NCBI GenBank assembly: GCA_000004985.1
Contig: GG738911.1
Direction: 5' to 3' (one strand)
DNA length: 64,000 nucleotides
DNA from: Naegleria gruberi
Lineage: Eukaryota
The position numbers were made by a program, and so were the translations under genes. Below, one piece after another: positions 1 through 11,287 of the stretch. Within the stretch, counting starts at the first letter, position 1. The number at the start of each line of letters is the position of its first letter. The notes under the pieces are model-generated. The model ran no database searches. It worked only from the letters and a program-made list of their open reading frames with translations, and was not told the origin of the DNA.

Positions 1-1953
1 AAATATGTGCATCTAGAGGAATTTCTGAATTAGAAACCATTCGAAGACGAATCATTTTCATCACCACTCCCTTATTCATCAATAAATCCTCAGAAATATT
101 TGAGGCAAGCAAATTAACATTTTCAGGAAATCTTTCCAAATACTGCAAGATGAATGGAATGGAAGAGAGTAATTCTCTGGAAGATTTAGAGATGGCTCTT
201 GGATCGTAGGAACAGGCAGCTAAAACCATTTCTGGACTGTTTCTGATATCAATGTGGAAATATTCGAAAATACCACCGATTGTTTTCAGTTTCTCCATGG
301 CATATTCCTTGTTATTTCTCTTGGAATCTGAAAGATAATTAATGATATGATAATAATCCGAATCAATTAATTTCAATAATTTGTGTTCAAATTCTGAATC
401 ATGGGAGCAAAGGTTTCTAATAATTTTGGGTGGAAACAATTTGATATTATCCACATCATTTTCAATTGCAAACTTTGCCCATTCTTCATTATTAATGATG
501 AAATCTGGTAATGCTCCACTAATCCCATGCTTGACCAGAAGATTCTTCATCATTTCCAAACTAATCTTATTGTGAGAACATGCATAGATAAACCAATTCT
601 TATAATCCACAGCTGCCTTCTCAATAAACATGTTATCATTCGAAATCTCATTAACTAGCTCAATATTATCAGGATTTACAATTCTGGTCGATGTTACAAA
701 AATCTGAAAAATTACGTCTTCATCTTCCAATAGCGGACTTTTACAATCTTTCATTCTATTGATCATATTTCCAATAACTGTTAATCCTGAACTCATGATT
801 GAATCGTCCTTTCTTAGCTCCTTTAGGGCATTCAAGATGAATTTCTTTTTTTGTAAATATTTTGAATGACAGAATTGTAAAGTTTCGACAACATTTAAGG
901 AAAGGCATGATTCAATGAGAGACTCATGTTGTAATTGAAATTCATCACTCACAAATTGGAGAGCATTGGCATGTACTTTCAATGCTGTTTCACTTGAGCT
1001 TTCGAATATATTAATTGGCGTTTTTGGAACAAATTCTAATAATCTTCCATCATATTTTACCGCTTCATGAGCTAGCTCTATTCTCTTTCTAACATGTTCT
1101 GGTAAATACTGATAGCCAGTACCACCACTCTTTCTAAATAAATTCAATAAGAAAGCAGACGAATAGAATGGAAACACTGAATAATCCAAATCCTTCCTAA
1201 AACAATAGACAAGTGCCTTTGGATTTTGCATCACTGCACTAGCAATTAACTGTTGGTCCTTCATATAAGAAGCTGGTAGGAATCGAATAATTAATCCATC
1301 TTGCTTGACTCCATCCAACAAAGTTGAAGCATCAATGGACGAAGGTGAAATAAACTCTAACACGTCGCCATTTCTTGAGATTATCTCTTCAATTTTGATA
1401 ATATTCCTCCTCTTATATCCATAAAGAATTTCTCCCTCACTCGTAAAGTATAAAATTAATTTGGGTTGTAAAATGATAAACTCATTTCTATACGAAACTG
1501 CTTGTTTTTCATTGAGTGATTTTTTCTGAATGAGCTCTTCAATGAGATTTCTCAATGCTATAAATTGATCAGGTGATTGATCTCTGAAATTTTTACAAGC
1601 ACTTTTTACAACATTTTCATTGGATTTCCATTTTTGGAGTTTGTGCAATTCACCTGGATTTTCTTCAACATATTTACACATGAGAATTTCATCTGTTTCG
1701 AATTGTGGAAACTTGCTTTGAATTTCTGAAAGCTTTTTGCCTTGTTCGATCATTTCAATAATCGCCAATCGTTGTGGATTTCCATGGTTTAGTTTTATTT
1801 CGGGAGCTTTCTTATTGTAATCTTTTTCTAAAAAGTGTTTTTGAAATAATTCTTTCCATGAAGATGCTAATGGTGATGAAGATTTCATCCCGATCGAGTA
1901 GAACCGTTTGCTTCCATTCAAACAAAGAATTGTAGCTTGATTTCCAATAAGTG
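1..1953 (-). CDS. DUF4116-like repeat protein (partial). The start codon is in the window at 1953..1951; the 3' end runs past the window edge.
   Basis: My own reverse-strand translation gives an uninterrupted frame from the ATG at 1953 to position 1. The ORF track does not list it because it is edge-truncated. It contains repeats such as 'LLDGVKQDGLIIRFLPASYMKDQQLIASAVMQNPKALVY', 'AHEAVKYDGRLLEFVPK' and 'AMEKLKTIGGIFEYFHIDIRNSPEMVLAACSYDPRAI', which match the repeat unit in genes 33287..34489 and 53259..55115. Translated by eye, so internal errors are possible. Confidence 0.55.
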
Positions 1954-2146
1954 ATCGGAACATTTTTTTGTGAAATGAAAATTCAATCAATTTTGCAAAA
2001 TTTCATAAGAAACTTTCAATCAATTTCATTAGAAGGTTACAATCTAATAGTTTTTCTATTCTATTATATTTAAATCCTTGTAAAATTGTCCAAAATTAGT
2101 CAATATAATTATTGTAAATATTATTCGAAAGTTTAAATTAAAAAAA
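1954..2146. promoter_or_regulatory. 193-bp AT-rich bidirectional promoter between the DUF4116 gene (minus) and the F-box gene (plus).
   Basis: Divergent start codons at 1953 (minus) and 2147 (plus). No ORF lies in this interval and it is very AT-rich. Confidence 0.4.
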
Positions 2147-3727
2147 ATGGCAATTCAAAGTAACAAGAAGAGAAAACACGAACCATCATCACAGCCTTCC
2201 GATAACGATGATGAAAAAATGTCAAACGATCCAAATTTCGAATCAGTTTTATTTGATGAAATGACACAAGTCAATTGTCAATTAATTTCATTGGCCAATA
2301 AGGTGAAACAAGTCGATTATCACTATTTCTTGAATAATAGTGGTATGATTGATGAATTTATTGGAAATATTCACGAGTTTTTAAAACAGGTAGATATTCA
2401 CAGAAAGCAAGTTTCGTTCACTCGGTTGAGTGCCGATAGTTTGTCTCATATTTTTCAATTCTTGGATACTACAACTCTGAAGAATCATTGTGGTTTGGTT
2501 TCTAAATTGTGGAATCAATCAGTAGAAGGATTGAAAGTGAGAGTGAGACCTCTCAATGTTGATAATTTATTGAATAGTTCATTAATTAAGAAAGTTTCCA
2601 GTTTGAAATTGGTTAATCCTACTGCTAATACCTTTAAATCAATTGCAAAGAGTAGAAATTTGGTCAATTTGCAAACATTGGATTTATCTGACCACAAGTT
2701 ATCAAAAACTGCTATTGGACATGTGAAGAAATTTCAAGTGCCAAATTTAACAGAATTGAAATTGTGTAAAATGAAAAAATTTACAGAAAAAGAAGTTGCA
2801 AAGGAATTGTTTCATAGCAAGTTCATGTCAAATATTAAGAAATTGTATTTATCACATTCCTTTGAAGGTTCTTCAAAGAGTTTTATTGAATCAATTTCAG
2901 AATCCAAATACATGAATCAAATCACTCATTTGAACATTAATAATACATATATCGACAAATATAACAAGGATACTGGAATTGATAAATTCTTGAAAGATAA
3001 AATCAATTTAGAACATTTGGAAATGGAATTTTATCGATTGAGTGTTCATCCCAATTTATTGACAAGTGGAAATTATAAGAATCTCACATATCTTAACATA
3101 TCTAATTGTTTTGTTTCAAATCAAGAATTTGTAGATTTGATTCTTTCTCCCAATTTACCTAAACTTACCACACTCAAGGCCAAGCGTTTAAACAATTTTT
3201 ACTGGTCTAATGCACAACCGACCCAAGCAGTTGAATTTCCTCCAAATAGGCAAAGTTCACTAACTGAATTAGATTTGGGAGATTTAACACTTCCTAAACT
3301 CTTCGATCATTGTCCGAAACTAAAGAAATTAAGTTTTAGTGATTTTGATGATGATGATAACAATAAGGAAATCCTCAACATGATGAAATCTCCAAACTTA
3401 TCAAATTTGGAATATTTGGATATTAACCATTGGAAGGGAATGTCAGAGAATCTGTTCACCAATCCAATCTATTCTAATTTAAAGGAATTATATTTAACAC
3501 CTATTCACCAGGTTGAACCATTAGATGTGAATTTAGTATCAAATTGTACAAATTTGGTCAATTTGGCAAAATTGTGTATTAAGTCTGCACATATTTTAAC
3601 CAATGATTGTTTAGAAGAATTCAATAAGAATCCAACCTTTGTCAAGTTGACAAATATTACTTTACCAACCAAGTTGGTAACTGGTTCAGATGACGATTAT
3701 TTAGATGAGGATGACGATTTCTTTTAG
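2147..3727 (+). CDS. F-box / leucine-rich-repeat-like protein with an acidic C-terminus.
   Basis: 526-aa intact ORF with an ATG start. F-box-like motif 'LSADSLSHIFQFLDTTTLKNHCGLVSKLWNQS', then repeated L-x-x-L-x-L/N-L segments (LRR-like). Poly-D/E tail. Confidence 0.65.
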   Translation: MAIQSNKKRKHEPSSQPSDNDDEKMSNDPNFESVLFDEMTQVNCQLISLANKVKQVDYHYFLNNSGMIDEFIGNIHEFLKQVDIHRKQVSFTRLSADSLSHIFQFLDTTTLKNHCGLVSKLWNQSVEGLKVRVRPLNVDNLLNSSLIKKVSSLKLVNPTANTFKSIAKSRNLVNLQTLDLSDHKLSKTAIGHVKKFQVPNLTELKLCKMKKFTEKEVAKELFHSKFMSNIKKLYLSHSFEGSSKSFIESISESKYMNQITHLNINNTYIDKYNKDTGIDKFLKDKINLEHLEMEFYRLSVHPNLLTSGNYKNLTYLNISNCFVSNQEFVDLILSPNLPKLTTLKAKRLNNFYWSNAQPTQAVEFPPNRQSSLTELDLGDLTLPKLFDHCPKLKKLSFSDFDDDDNNKEILNMMKSPNLSNLEYLDINHWKGMSENLFTNPIYSNLKELYLTPIHQVEPLDVNLVSNCTNLVNLAKLCIKSAHILTNDCLEEFNKNPTFVKLTNITLPTKLVTGSDDDYLDEDDDFF

Positions 3728-3805
3728 AAAACAAACTAAACTAAATCATATATAATGCCTTCAAACTTCTATTTATCTGTGGGTGAAAACTACTATGAAA
3801 ACTTA

Positions 3806-5245
3806 TTAGAATAACATATCTTTTGGTCTGGCTAAATCATGCTCTTCTTCATCCTCTTCAAAGTTACTCGCCATAGATTCTGATCTTCTTCTTGATACTC
3901 CATTGTGTGAGACATGTAACATGCTCTCTCCTTCACATTCATTATCATCACAGAAAATATCTGCCTCCATATCAGTTGGTAAGGAGCAATCGTGTGTTGT
4001 AATGTCCTCCTCAGCAATATCTGGAGGTGTATGAGGTGTGAAAGAAATGTGTCTGTAAAGAACTGGCATTGGATTGGATTTGGAAGAATCTAATAACTCT
4101 GGTGAAAATGCATTCAACAAGTCACCACTAGTTGTAGGACTGGAGACTTGAAGTGTTTCCAAATTATCAAATAATGAGATATTTTGATAAATACCTCTCA
4201 TATGTACAGTTAGATAAATGTTAAATTCGTCAACATTTGAAATGTAAGGGAATGTGCCACCCTTTTTGAGTAAGCATGATCTGATATTACTGTATGATGA
4301 TGGAAATTTCTGTTGTAGCTCCGTTCTTAGAGATGATGGATAAATAGAATTTTCATCGTCCATACTTTCAATAATAGTAATACATGAATTTTGTTGTGTT
4401 GATTTGATCACTAATTTTTCCAAAATGTCTTTCGTATTGACAATTCTCTCATCACTTAATAGAGATAATCTCGATGCCAATTGTTTTTGAGAAATCTTGT
4501 CAACGTTATCGAGCATGTACTCAATAGAGTACAAAATTTCGTCATTATTCATAAATTCTCTATCCTTAAAGTGTGTAAACATATCAAACACCTTTGTACT
4601 CAATAAAAACTTGGGAGCAAGAACGTAAAAATCGTTCAGTGGAGAATATTCACTAAATATTGTAGAATTTACAAAACCATTTACAAGTATCAAACTAGAA
4701 ACCTTTTCCACATATTCTGAAGCATAATTCAGAGCTAAAAAGGCTCCAAGACCACAACCACACAGATGAACACATTGTGACTTGCTCTTGGAATTACTAA
4801 TTGAAATAGGCTCGCTGAACCTCAATTGAGGAGAAATACTAAAAATATGATTTGATGAAGAATTGCTGACCAAGTTCACAAATTTGTCAAACTCCGGAAC
4901 AAACTCATCAATAGTAGTACAATGAGAAGGAATTTCCACACTGATGAAATGAAAATCCTTTCCCTCATCAAAAATCATTGAAAATTGATTGTAAAAATCA
5001 TGAGAAGAACCACAAAAATCATGCAAAATGATGAGTGGTGGTACATTACTATCCTGATAACATTGTCTGTAGGACCAGTTCTTTCCATCAATTTTTACAT
5101 TGATGACAGGACACCTTTTTTGAAAACGTTCAAAAGTATCCTTTTGTTTTTTAAACTCGATAGGATCCACCCTGACAGGTTGTTGTTGTTGTTTCGGTGG
5201 TGAACTTAACGTGCTAACCATCAATTTCCTAGCAATAGCATTCAT
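3806..5245 (-). CDS. Maspardin (SPG21/ACP33)-like alpha/beta-hydrolase-fold protein with an acidic C-terminal extension.
   Basis: 479-aa ORF. It aligns by eye to human maspardin over the core ('PLIILHDFCGSSHDFYNQ...', 'VHLCGCGLGAFLALNYASEYVEKVSSLILVNGF...STIF', 'LASRLSLL', 'LKKGGTFPYISNVDEFNIYLTVHM' versus human 'VHLFGASLGGFLAQ...LILCNSF...TSIF', 'LASRLTL', '[24 protein letters not shown]'). The nucleophile-elbow Ser is replaced (GASLG -> GCGLG). Confidence 0.65.
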   Translation of the reverse strand: MNAIARKLMVSTLSSPPKQQQQPVRVDPIEFKKQKDTFERFQKRCPVINVKIDGKNWSYRQCYQDSNVPPLIILHDFCGSSHDFYNQFSMIFDEGKDFHFISVEIPSHCTTIDEFVPEFDKFVNLVSNSSSNHIFSISPQLRFSEPISISNSKSKSQCVHLCGCGLGAFLALNYASEYVEKVSSLILVNGFVNSTIFSEYSPLNDFYVLAPKFLLSTKVFDMFTHFKDREFMNNDEILYSIEYMLDNVDKISQKQLASRLSLLSDERIVNTKDILEKLVIKSTQQNSCITIIESMDDENSIYPSSLRTELQQKFPSSYSNIRSCLLKKGGTFPYISNVDEFNIYLTVHMRGIYQNISLFDNLETLQVSSPTTSGDLLNAFSPELLDSSKSNPMPVLYRHISFTPHTPPDIAEEDITTHDCSLPTDMEADIFCDDNECEGESMLHVSHNGVSRRRSESMASNFEEDEEEHDLARPKDMLF

Positions 5246-5887
5246 ATTTACAATATATATTAAATTAAACTATTATTAACAAATAAATTATTATTATACA
5301 CTCTCTAGAGATTAAATAATACAATTGAAGAGAATCGCAACTCTATCCTCTTACTCGGTGCAGCACGAAAATCTTTGCAAATTGGAAAAAGGCTTTTAAT
5401 GCTGCTGGCTTTTTTTTAAACGACTACCAATCCTTTTCTAAATCGGAGAACGGAATTGGTATTGATGATTTTAATAATCTCACCAATTCCGAAGGAGTGA
5501 ATTGATTATTCTTCTCCAATCTCCAGCAAAGAAAGTATGATTGAGAGGAATTGAAAAGATGATCTAGATAACATTTGGATGACGAAAATTTGATTTTTGT
5601 TCAATGCCTAACAGTGAGAACCATTACAGAAGAAGAGAGATAAGAAAGGTTCGGTGTGGTTTTTATTAAGGAAGACAATTTGTCAATAGGTATAATTTGG
5701 AGGATTTGTAAATTTGCAACTGTTGAGAGATGATGATGAGGTTTTTTTATTATTAAGAAAAAATCTGTAAATCCCTACATGAGTCATTTCAAATTTTTGG
5801 AGGGAAAACTGTAAATAACATTTAGATAATAGTAATAATAACGGAAAAGAACTACATTCATATAGAACATCTAGGAATTTAGAGCAA

Positions 5888-6343
5888 ATGGAATCAAGGA
5901 AATTTGAATTAAAATCTAATTATTTAGATCTTACTTCGGAATTGTTACAAGATTTATTTAATTTATACACCAATGATAATCAGATATTTACCTATGTTTT
6001 TAAACGAGAGGAATTGGAGAAGGAGAGTACTCCATTGGAGAGGAAGGTTTCATACAGAGTTACCATCTCAAACCCAACCAAACAAAATCCCATTCCGAGT
6101 ATTGTATATTATATTAGAGTGATTTTCAGAGCTCCCTCATCCAAAGTATTGAAACACCTTGAAACATTACCATTCGTTCAACATGTTCAATTCTTTGTCG
6201 AGCACCGAAAGGAACCCTTTGAATTGGCCCTCAATATTGAGGAAGGTTTAATGAGCACCCCTAGAGAAACCATCAAGCAGGAATTTGATTTCATTGCCCT
6301 CATTAATCAATTCATGGGCAGAGAAATAAATCCCAAAATGTAA
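5888..6343 (+). CDS. Hypothetical 151-aa protein; no family recognised.
   Basis: Intact ATG-initiated ORF flanked by AT-rich intergenic DNA; no recognisable motifs. Confidence 0.35.
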   Translation: MESRKFELKSNYLDLTSELLQDLFNLYTNDNQIFTYVFKREELEKESTPLERKVSYRVTISNPTKQNPIPSIVYYIRVIFRAPSSKVLKHLETLPFVQHVQFFVEHRKEPFELALNIEEGLMSTPRETIKQEFDFIALINQFMGREINPKM

Positions 6344-6751
6344 AACCTCTCAATTCCTTATAACAATTCCTTTGAATTCTCTTACTCACATTTCTCAATC
6401 CTTCTTCTTAATTGTTGTGTTTTCAAATTCTTATTCCCTTCAATCCAATTTTAAGCCTTCGAAAAATTAGTTTTAAAAATAATAAAATAAATCTTCCCAT
6501 AATTTCATAAAAATTTTCATTCTCAACAATACAACAGCCAACAACAATACATTTGTATTCACTGATGATTCAATATCTGATCTGCTACTGAAAACCATAT
6601 TTGTTGCAAACTTATATCCAACACTTTGTCTGATTAATAACGATGCTTCTCTAGATTGAGAATATCACATTCAAATAAGATTCTTTAATTTTTTGCCATT
6701 CCGATGATTGAAGATGAAGCAACAATTAATTAATTAATTTTAATTAAAAAA

Positions 6752-7735
6752 ATGATTAAAAAGAGAACCGCAAAGAATGTGTCGTTGAGAGCAAAGGAAG
6801 ATGCATCGACAATACAGCCTGCAGCCACTGCTGCTTCATCATTGAATAGTGTAGAATCATCGGATCAGAATAATCAACAAGAGGAACAAACTAATGAAAA
6901 TACAACATCAGCATCAATAACAACTGGTGAACCAGAACAAATAACATCATCGGAAAGGCTGGAGGAGGATGGAGACAATATTAATGAAACACTGGAGAAG
7001 ACAATTTTAAAACAAAAGCTGAGAAGTAGACCAAAAGGAATGCAAGCAAACTTAAAAACTGGTGATTTGTTCGATTTGGACAAGATTAAAAACAGTTCAG
7101 TGCAAAGAAAAAAGGAAAAGCTGAATATTCTGCAAGGAGGTACTCAAGGAGGTCTGGTTGATAGAAATAGTGGAGATTGGATTGCAATGAAATTAGCAAA
7201 TATGGAAAAGGCAAAGATTATGGGTTCAACATCACAATTAGCTATGGATATGGCTTTCACAGAAGCCGAATTATCAGAGCAGGACAAGAGATTATTCGAA
7301 TTTATTAAAGAACGTATGAAGGAACAAGGATATTCATACGATCAAATTGTAAATAATGATGACGAGGATGAAGGAATTGAAAAAGCAAAGAAAAAGATTT
7401 CTGTAGATATTAACGAGCTATTGGAGAAGGAAAAGAATCTCTATAAATTACCAGATGAATTAAAAGTGGAAAAGATTGATATTTCGAGTTTAACAAGACG
7501 AAAGGATAATGCCAACAAGGAAGCAAAACCTTTAACAGAGGAGGAACGACAAAAACTCTTGAGTGGTGCCATTCTAGAAGTTCCACTTTCAACAGCAGCA
7601 AAGGTGGAAAACATTAGAGAAACCAATGAGAAAGTGAAAGAATTGGAAGACAATAACAAGAGAAAATATCACCAAACTGCCTCTGATGAATATGTCTTTA
7701 CACAATACAAGAAGAAGTATGCCCATAAAAGATGA
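6752..7735 (+). CDS. Charged coiled-coil protein, probably of the HCA59 / C9orf78 (TLS1) family.
   Basis: 327-aa Lys/Glu-rich ORF. The C-terminal 'KRKYHQTASDEYVFTQYKKKYAHKR' resembles the human C9orf78 C-terminus 'KATDDYHYEKFKKMNRRY'. Central 'KTGDLFDLDKIK...' resembles the family core. From memory only. Confidence 0.4.
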   Translation: MIKKRTAKNVSLRAKEDASTIQPAATAASSLNSVESSDQNNQQEEQTNENTTSASITTGEPEQITSSERLEEDGDNINETLEKTILKQKLRSRPKGMQANLKTGDLFDLDKIKNSSVQRKKEKLNILQGGTQGGLVDRNSGDWIAMKLANMEKAKIMGSTSQLAMDMAFTEAELSEQDKRLFEFIKERMKEQGYSYDQIVNNDDEDEGIEKAKKKISVDINELLEKEKNLYKLPDELKVEKIDISSLTRRKDNANKEAKPLTEEERQKLLSGAILEVPLSTAAKVENIRETNEKVKELEDNNKRKYHQTASDEYVFTQYKKKYAHKR

Positions 7736-7830
7736 TTCATTTGTCTTACATTTGCAGAGATTGTTGCATTGTTTAATCCAATTTAGAATAAGATCCAGTA
7801 ACATGATCTTTATTGAAAAATTTGATTTAA

Positions 7831-8733
7831 CTATTTATAAATTAGAATTTCTTTTGTTCCCGAATTACACAAGAACAATTCTCCATTCTTATCATTAATT
7901 ACAATACCGTACGGAGATGATAAACTTTCCAGTTCTGTCACTGTCTTCAATATATTGAATTGTCTATCTAATATGTATATTTTACCATTGGCATCAGTGA
8001 GATAGATCAATCTCGTCTTTTTTTCATACCACACACTGAAGCATCTATTTGGGGTGGTGTTTTCCAAGGTTTTGATCTTTTCCCATGTCGCAGAGTTTTC
8101 ATTGAATTTCATAATGTGTAACTGATCTACTCCACAAACAATCATTTCCTCTTCTGGAGTGAAAACCAAATCAACCAATTGTCTATCAAGATCTATTTGA
8201 ATATCATCGCGTAATTTTCCTGTCTTTGAGTCATAAACAAACATTTTCTGTGCATAATCAATTACATAAATTTCAGTTTTGAAACATTTTACACCCCAAA
8301 TATGTTGAAATTTCATTTCAGCTTTCCAAATAGGTTCTCCCACTTCCTTATTCTTTATCATTTCAGTAAAATTATACTTGAACAGCTCATTAGTTGAACT
8401 AGAAATAATCAAATTCAATTGACCAGAAAATTCTCTCTCCAAATCCAAACTATAAATCCCATCATCAAAAGGAATATGTAATAATCTTTCATGAGTGATC
8501 AAATCGTAAACAATAACAGAATTCGCACCTGCAATTAAATAATTCAACTCCTGACAAATTACCAAATTATAAATACTTGAATCATCAGGTTCGGAAAGAT
8601 TTTTAATTTTTGTAAAATTCTGAGAAAATTCAATGGAGACAGGTGAGCATAATTTCTTTTTGAATTTTGCTAATAAATTGGTGGGAATGTGTGGTTGTAG
8701 ATCGATGAGAGTGATGACAGCTTGATCATCCAT
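7831..8733 (-). CDS. Hypothetical 300-aa protein, probably a beta-propeller (NHL/WD-like) fold.
   Basis: Intact ORF with ATG. Repeated beta-strand-like segments ('IYVIDYAQKMFVYDSKTGKL', 'IYLTDANGKIYILD', 'LFLCNSGTKEILIYK'). No catalytic motifs. Confidence 0.35.
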   Translation of the reverse strand: MDDQAVITLIDLQPHIPTNLLAKFKKKLCSPVSIEFSQNFTKIKNLSEPDDSSIYNLVICQELNYLIAGANSVIVYDLITHERLLHIPFDDGIYSLDLEREFSGQLNLIISSSTNELFKYNFTEMIKNKEVGEPIWKAEMKFQHIWGVKCFKTEIYVIDYAQKMFVYDSKTGKLRDDIQIDLDRQLVDLVFTPEEEMIVCGVDQLHIMKFNENSATWEKIKTLENTTPNRCFSVWYEKKTRLIYLTDANGKIYILDRQFNILKTVTELESLSSPYGIVINDKNGELFLCNSGTKEILIYK

Positions 8734-9118
8734 TTTTTTTTAGGTTATTAAAATTGTTCATTTTGAACTTTACAAATATTGTAAAGTCTGTGCAATGTTC
8801 TCCAAGGTCCTCATAATGCTTGGTACAAATGACTACAAATACCATGCACAATTTCCTTTTAAATAAATTGTCCAACAACAACTTGCAGCGCCTTAGTAAA
8901 AATTTGTCGCACACTTTTCACACACTTAAAAACAATTTCAAAAAAAACCCAAAATAGCTATGAAAATGCACCAAGAGATTGCCAACAAGTGGTTTGTTTC
9001 TTTTTTAACGGAATATTCATGATTTTTAACAACCGCTCTCTCTGAGAAGGGACCAAGTGTTAGCAGAGTGTGAAAATTTGCTCAATGAACGAGAATTCAT
9101 CATTCATTCCACTGATGA

Positions 9119-9720
9119 GTGATTGAGGTGAGTTCTCTTGCTGATGCGAAGGGAACAATCATTAAAGGAAGAGGCGTGTTGTGTGATTGTAAACCTGAAG
9201 AGGTGTTGCATCTCTTCTTATCGGTCACTGATGAGGAAAGAGCAAGGTACGATAGGGCAACTAAAACTATTGCAGTTTTGGAAGAGTTTGAGAAGGATGG
9301 AAGGAAGTATAGAATTAATCAATATATTCTCAATTCTCCAGGTAGGTATTGAGTAGTTTCGTATTATTATTGAATGACTGGCCAATTGTAGCATTCTTGA
9401 TTGCTGAAAGAGATTTCATTTATGTAGAGCATGTGAAAAGAGAGGGAAATGTGACAATTCTCCTTACAACGTCCATTGATGGAATGTTTCCAGAAGATAA
9501 AATTCCACAACTTGATGGAACTGTCAGAGGCACCAATTATTTCAATTATCTCAAATTGACTCAACTTGATAATGGTGATTTGGAATATATTACTCTATCA
9601 CAAGGTAATCCAAATGGCTTTATTCCACTAGCCATTTCCAATGCATTTGTTTATGAGAGACCAAAATTAATGGTCACAGCAGGAGAACAGGTTTTGAAAA
9701 AGAAATGTAAACTTGAATAA
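9119..9720 (+). CDS. START (StAR-related lipid-transfer / Bet v1-like) domain protein. Two exons in the window, join(9119..9341, 9392..9720); a 5' exon carrying the ATG is probably missing from this model.
   Basis: START hallmarks: 'KPEEVLHLFLSVTDEERARYD', 'ERDFIYVEHVKREGNVTILLTTSIDG', 'GTVRGTNYFNYLKL', 'GNPNGFIPLAISNAFV'. Intron 9342..9391 (50 nt, GTAGGT...TGTAG) is in phase 1 and joins the two track ORFs (…ILNSP-A-FLIAERDF…). The first track ORF starts at GTG with no in-frame ATG, so a small upstream exon is likely. Confidence 0.6.
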
Positions 9721-9813
9721 ATCCAAGAAAATCACCATGATATTGAGTCTATTTCATTCCAAGAATAACTCCAATAGGATTACTTATTTGCTGCTGAATA
9801 TTCCATAATCAAA

Positions 9814-11208
9814 TCAAAGGATTGTACCCAACTTGGATTTCACATCCAATGACTGACAATTTTTAAGAACTGTTTCAAAGAATTGTGCATTATCTGGAAT
9901 GTGATTGCACCACTCGGGAAGCTGAGTGTAAAACTCGTAGCACTTCTCACCGTGGAAAGAATAATAAAAGGCGTGAAGATGAATTAAAAACTCTCCATCC
10001 TTTGGCTCCTCTTTTGAGAATCGTTCCCATTGCATTTGCATCATTTCTTTTGCACATTGAGTTTCGTCTTGCTCGTTTCGTTTCATAATTTCCCATTTTT
10101 CTGGCCAAGGATTTTCCCAATTTTCTCCCTTATCAACCAATTCAAATCCAACATCGTTAATAATTGGATATCCCATCACTCTTAAATGTTCTCTGATTTG
10201 ATGTGTTCTGCCTGTTATTGGTATAGCAATTACAATACTCCTCGATGATGCAGGGTCGTAATAGATTCTTTTCACAAGTGTATAGGCCGTGTCTGTATTC
10301 TTTGGATCTGTGCTGTCCGAGCCGTTTTCACTCGAATCAGCTCTCCAAATAAAAGTCCAATCATTTTGCTTGTAGACCATTTTGTTTTTCACATGAATAA
10401 ATCCTTCCTTATCCTTGTGGAATGATTGACCATTTAGTAAGACATGCTCTCCGCTCATATTTTCTGTTTCAGGAAATTCTCCATAAACCTGGGCCAAATA
10501 GCACTTCCTTACATTGCCCTCCTTCATAGTGTCTTGATAAGATTTGGCCAAAGCAGCATTCCAAGTATGAATAAGTACGCCACTCGTTACCTTATCCAAT
10601 CTATGAATTAAAAACAATTTCCTTCCCAAGGCACTTTCCAATAAATAATGTAAACTATTCTTTACAAATCTTCCAGCTGGATGAACTGGAATTGAAGATG
10701 GTTTATCAATTACCAAAAACTCATCATCATGATACAAAACTCGAATAAACTCTCTATAGAGAACTGGCTTTTCATTCTTCCAATCTACCGTAACAATCTG
10801 ATCATTTGATCTTAATTTATATTCCAACACTGAAACTGAAGTCGGTTTCTGAGTGGTGAGTGTAATAATTCCCTTCTCAATCATTTCCTTACTCACTTGT
10901 TCTGGCATTTTGAATTCGGAGGACAAAACTTCCATTGTCGTCTTTTTAAACCATCTCGTTCTAACATTGGTTCGATGATTGGTTTTATGCGGTTTAACGA
11001 ATTGATAAATCCCTCCAAATAATTCAAATTCACTCCTCAAATCCAATTCAATATCATCCAAAGCCTTTCCATGAGAAAATTCATTATCATCGGATAATTT
11101 TAGAATAATTTTGTAATTAATTTTAGGCTTTTGTATTATCGGCTGATGATGTTCATCATTATTTTCTTCCTGTGTTGGTGAAGAGATGACATTTTGGTCT
11201 TGCAGCAT
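9814..11208 (-). CDS. RluA-family pseudouridine synthase (RPUSD2-like).
   Basis: Catalytic motif 'LIHRLDKVTSGVLI' (the HRLD aspartate of RluA/TruD-type synthases), plus 'VIDKPSSIPVHPAGRF'. The track ORF starts at TTG (11220); the first ATG is at 11208. Confidence 0.7.
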   Translation of the reverse strand: MLQDQNVISSPTQEENNDEHHQPIIQKPKINYKIILKLSDDNEFSHGKALDDIELDLRSEFELFGGIYQFVKPHKTNHRTNVRTRWFKKTTMEVLSSEFKMPEQVSKEMIEKGIITLTTQKPTSVSVLEYKLRSNDQIVTVDWKNEKPVLYREFIRVLYHDDEFLVIDKPSSIPVHPAGRFVKNSLHYLLESALGRKLFLIHRLDKVTSGVLIHTWNAALAKSYQDTMKEGNVRKCYLAQVYGEFPETENMSGEHVLLNGQSFHKDKEGFIHVKNKMVYKQNDWTFIWRADSSENGSDSTDPKNTDTAYTLVKRIYYDPASSRSIVIAIPITGRTHQIREHLRVMGYPIINDVGFELVDKGENWENPWPEKWEIMKRNEQDETQCAKEMMQMQWERFSKEEPKDGEFLIHLHAFYYSFHGEKCYEFYTQLPEWCNHIPDNAQFFETVLKNCQSLDVKSKLGTIL

Positions 11209-11287
11209 TTTTTTTAACAATTTTTAAATTAAATATTTTTTAAATACTTTAAATTTTTTTGTAATATTTATTTACAATTTTTAAATA

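Noticed and set aside
381-575. 64-aa plus-strand ORF in the track.
   Set aside because: It lies antisense inside the long minus-strand DUF4116 ORF (1..1953). It has no motifs and is typical antisense noise.
9126-9149. Putative intron 'gtgagttctcttgctgatgcgaag' at the 5' end of the START gene.
   Set aside because: 24 nt is well below the roughly 43-nt minimum seen for all other introns here, and its removal does not supply an ATG.
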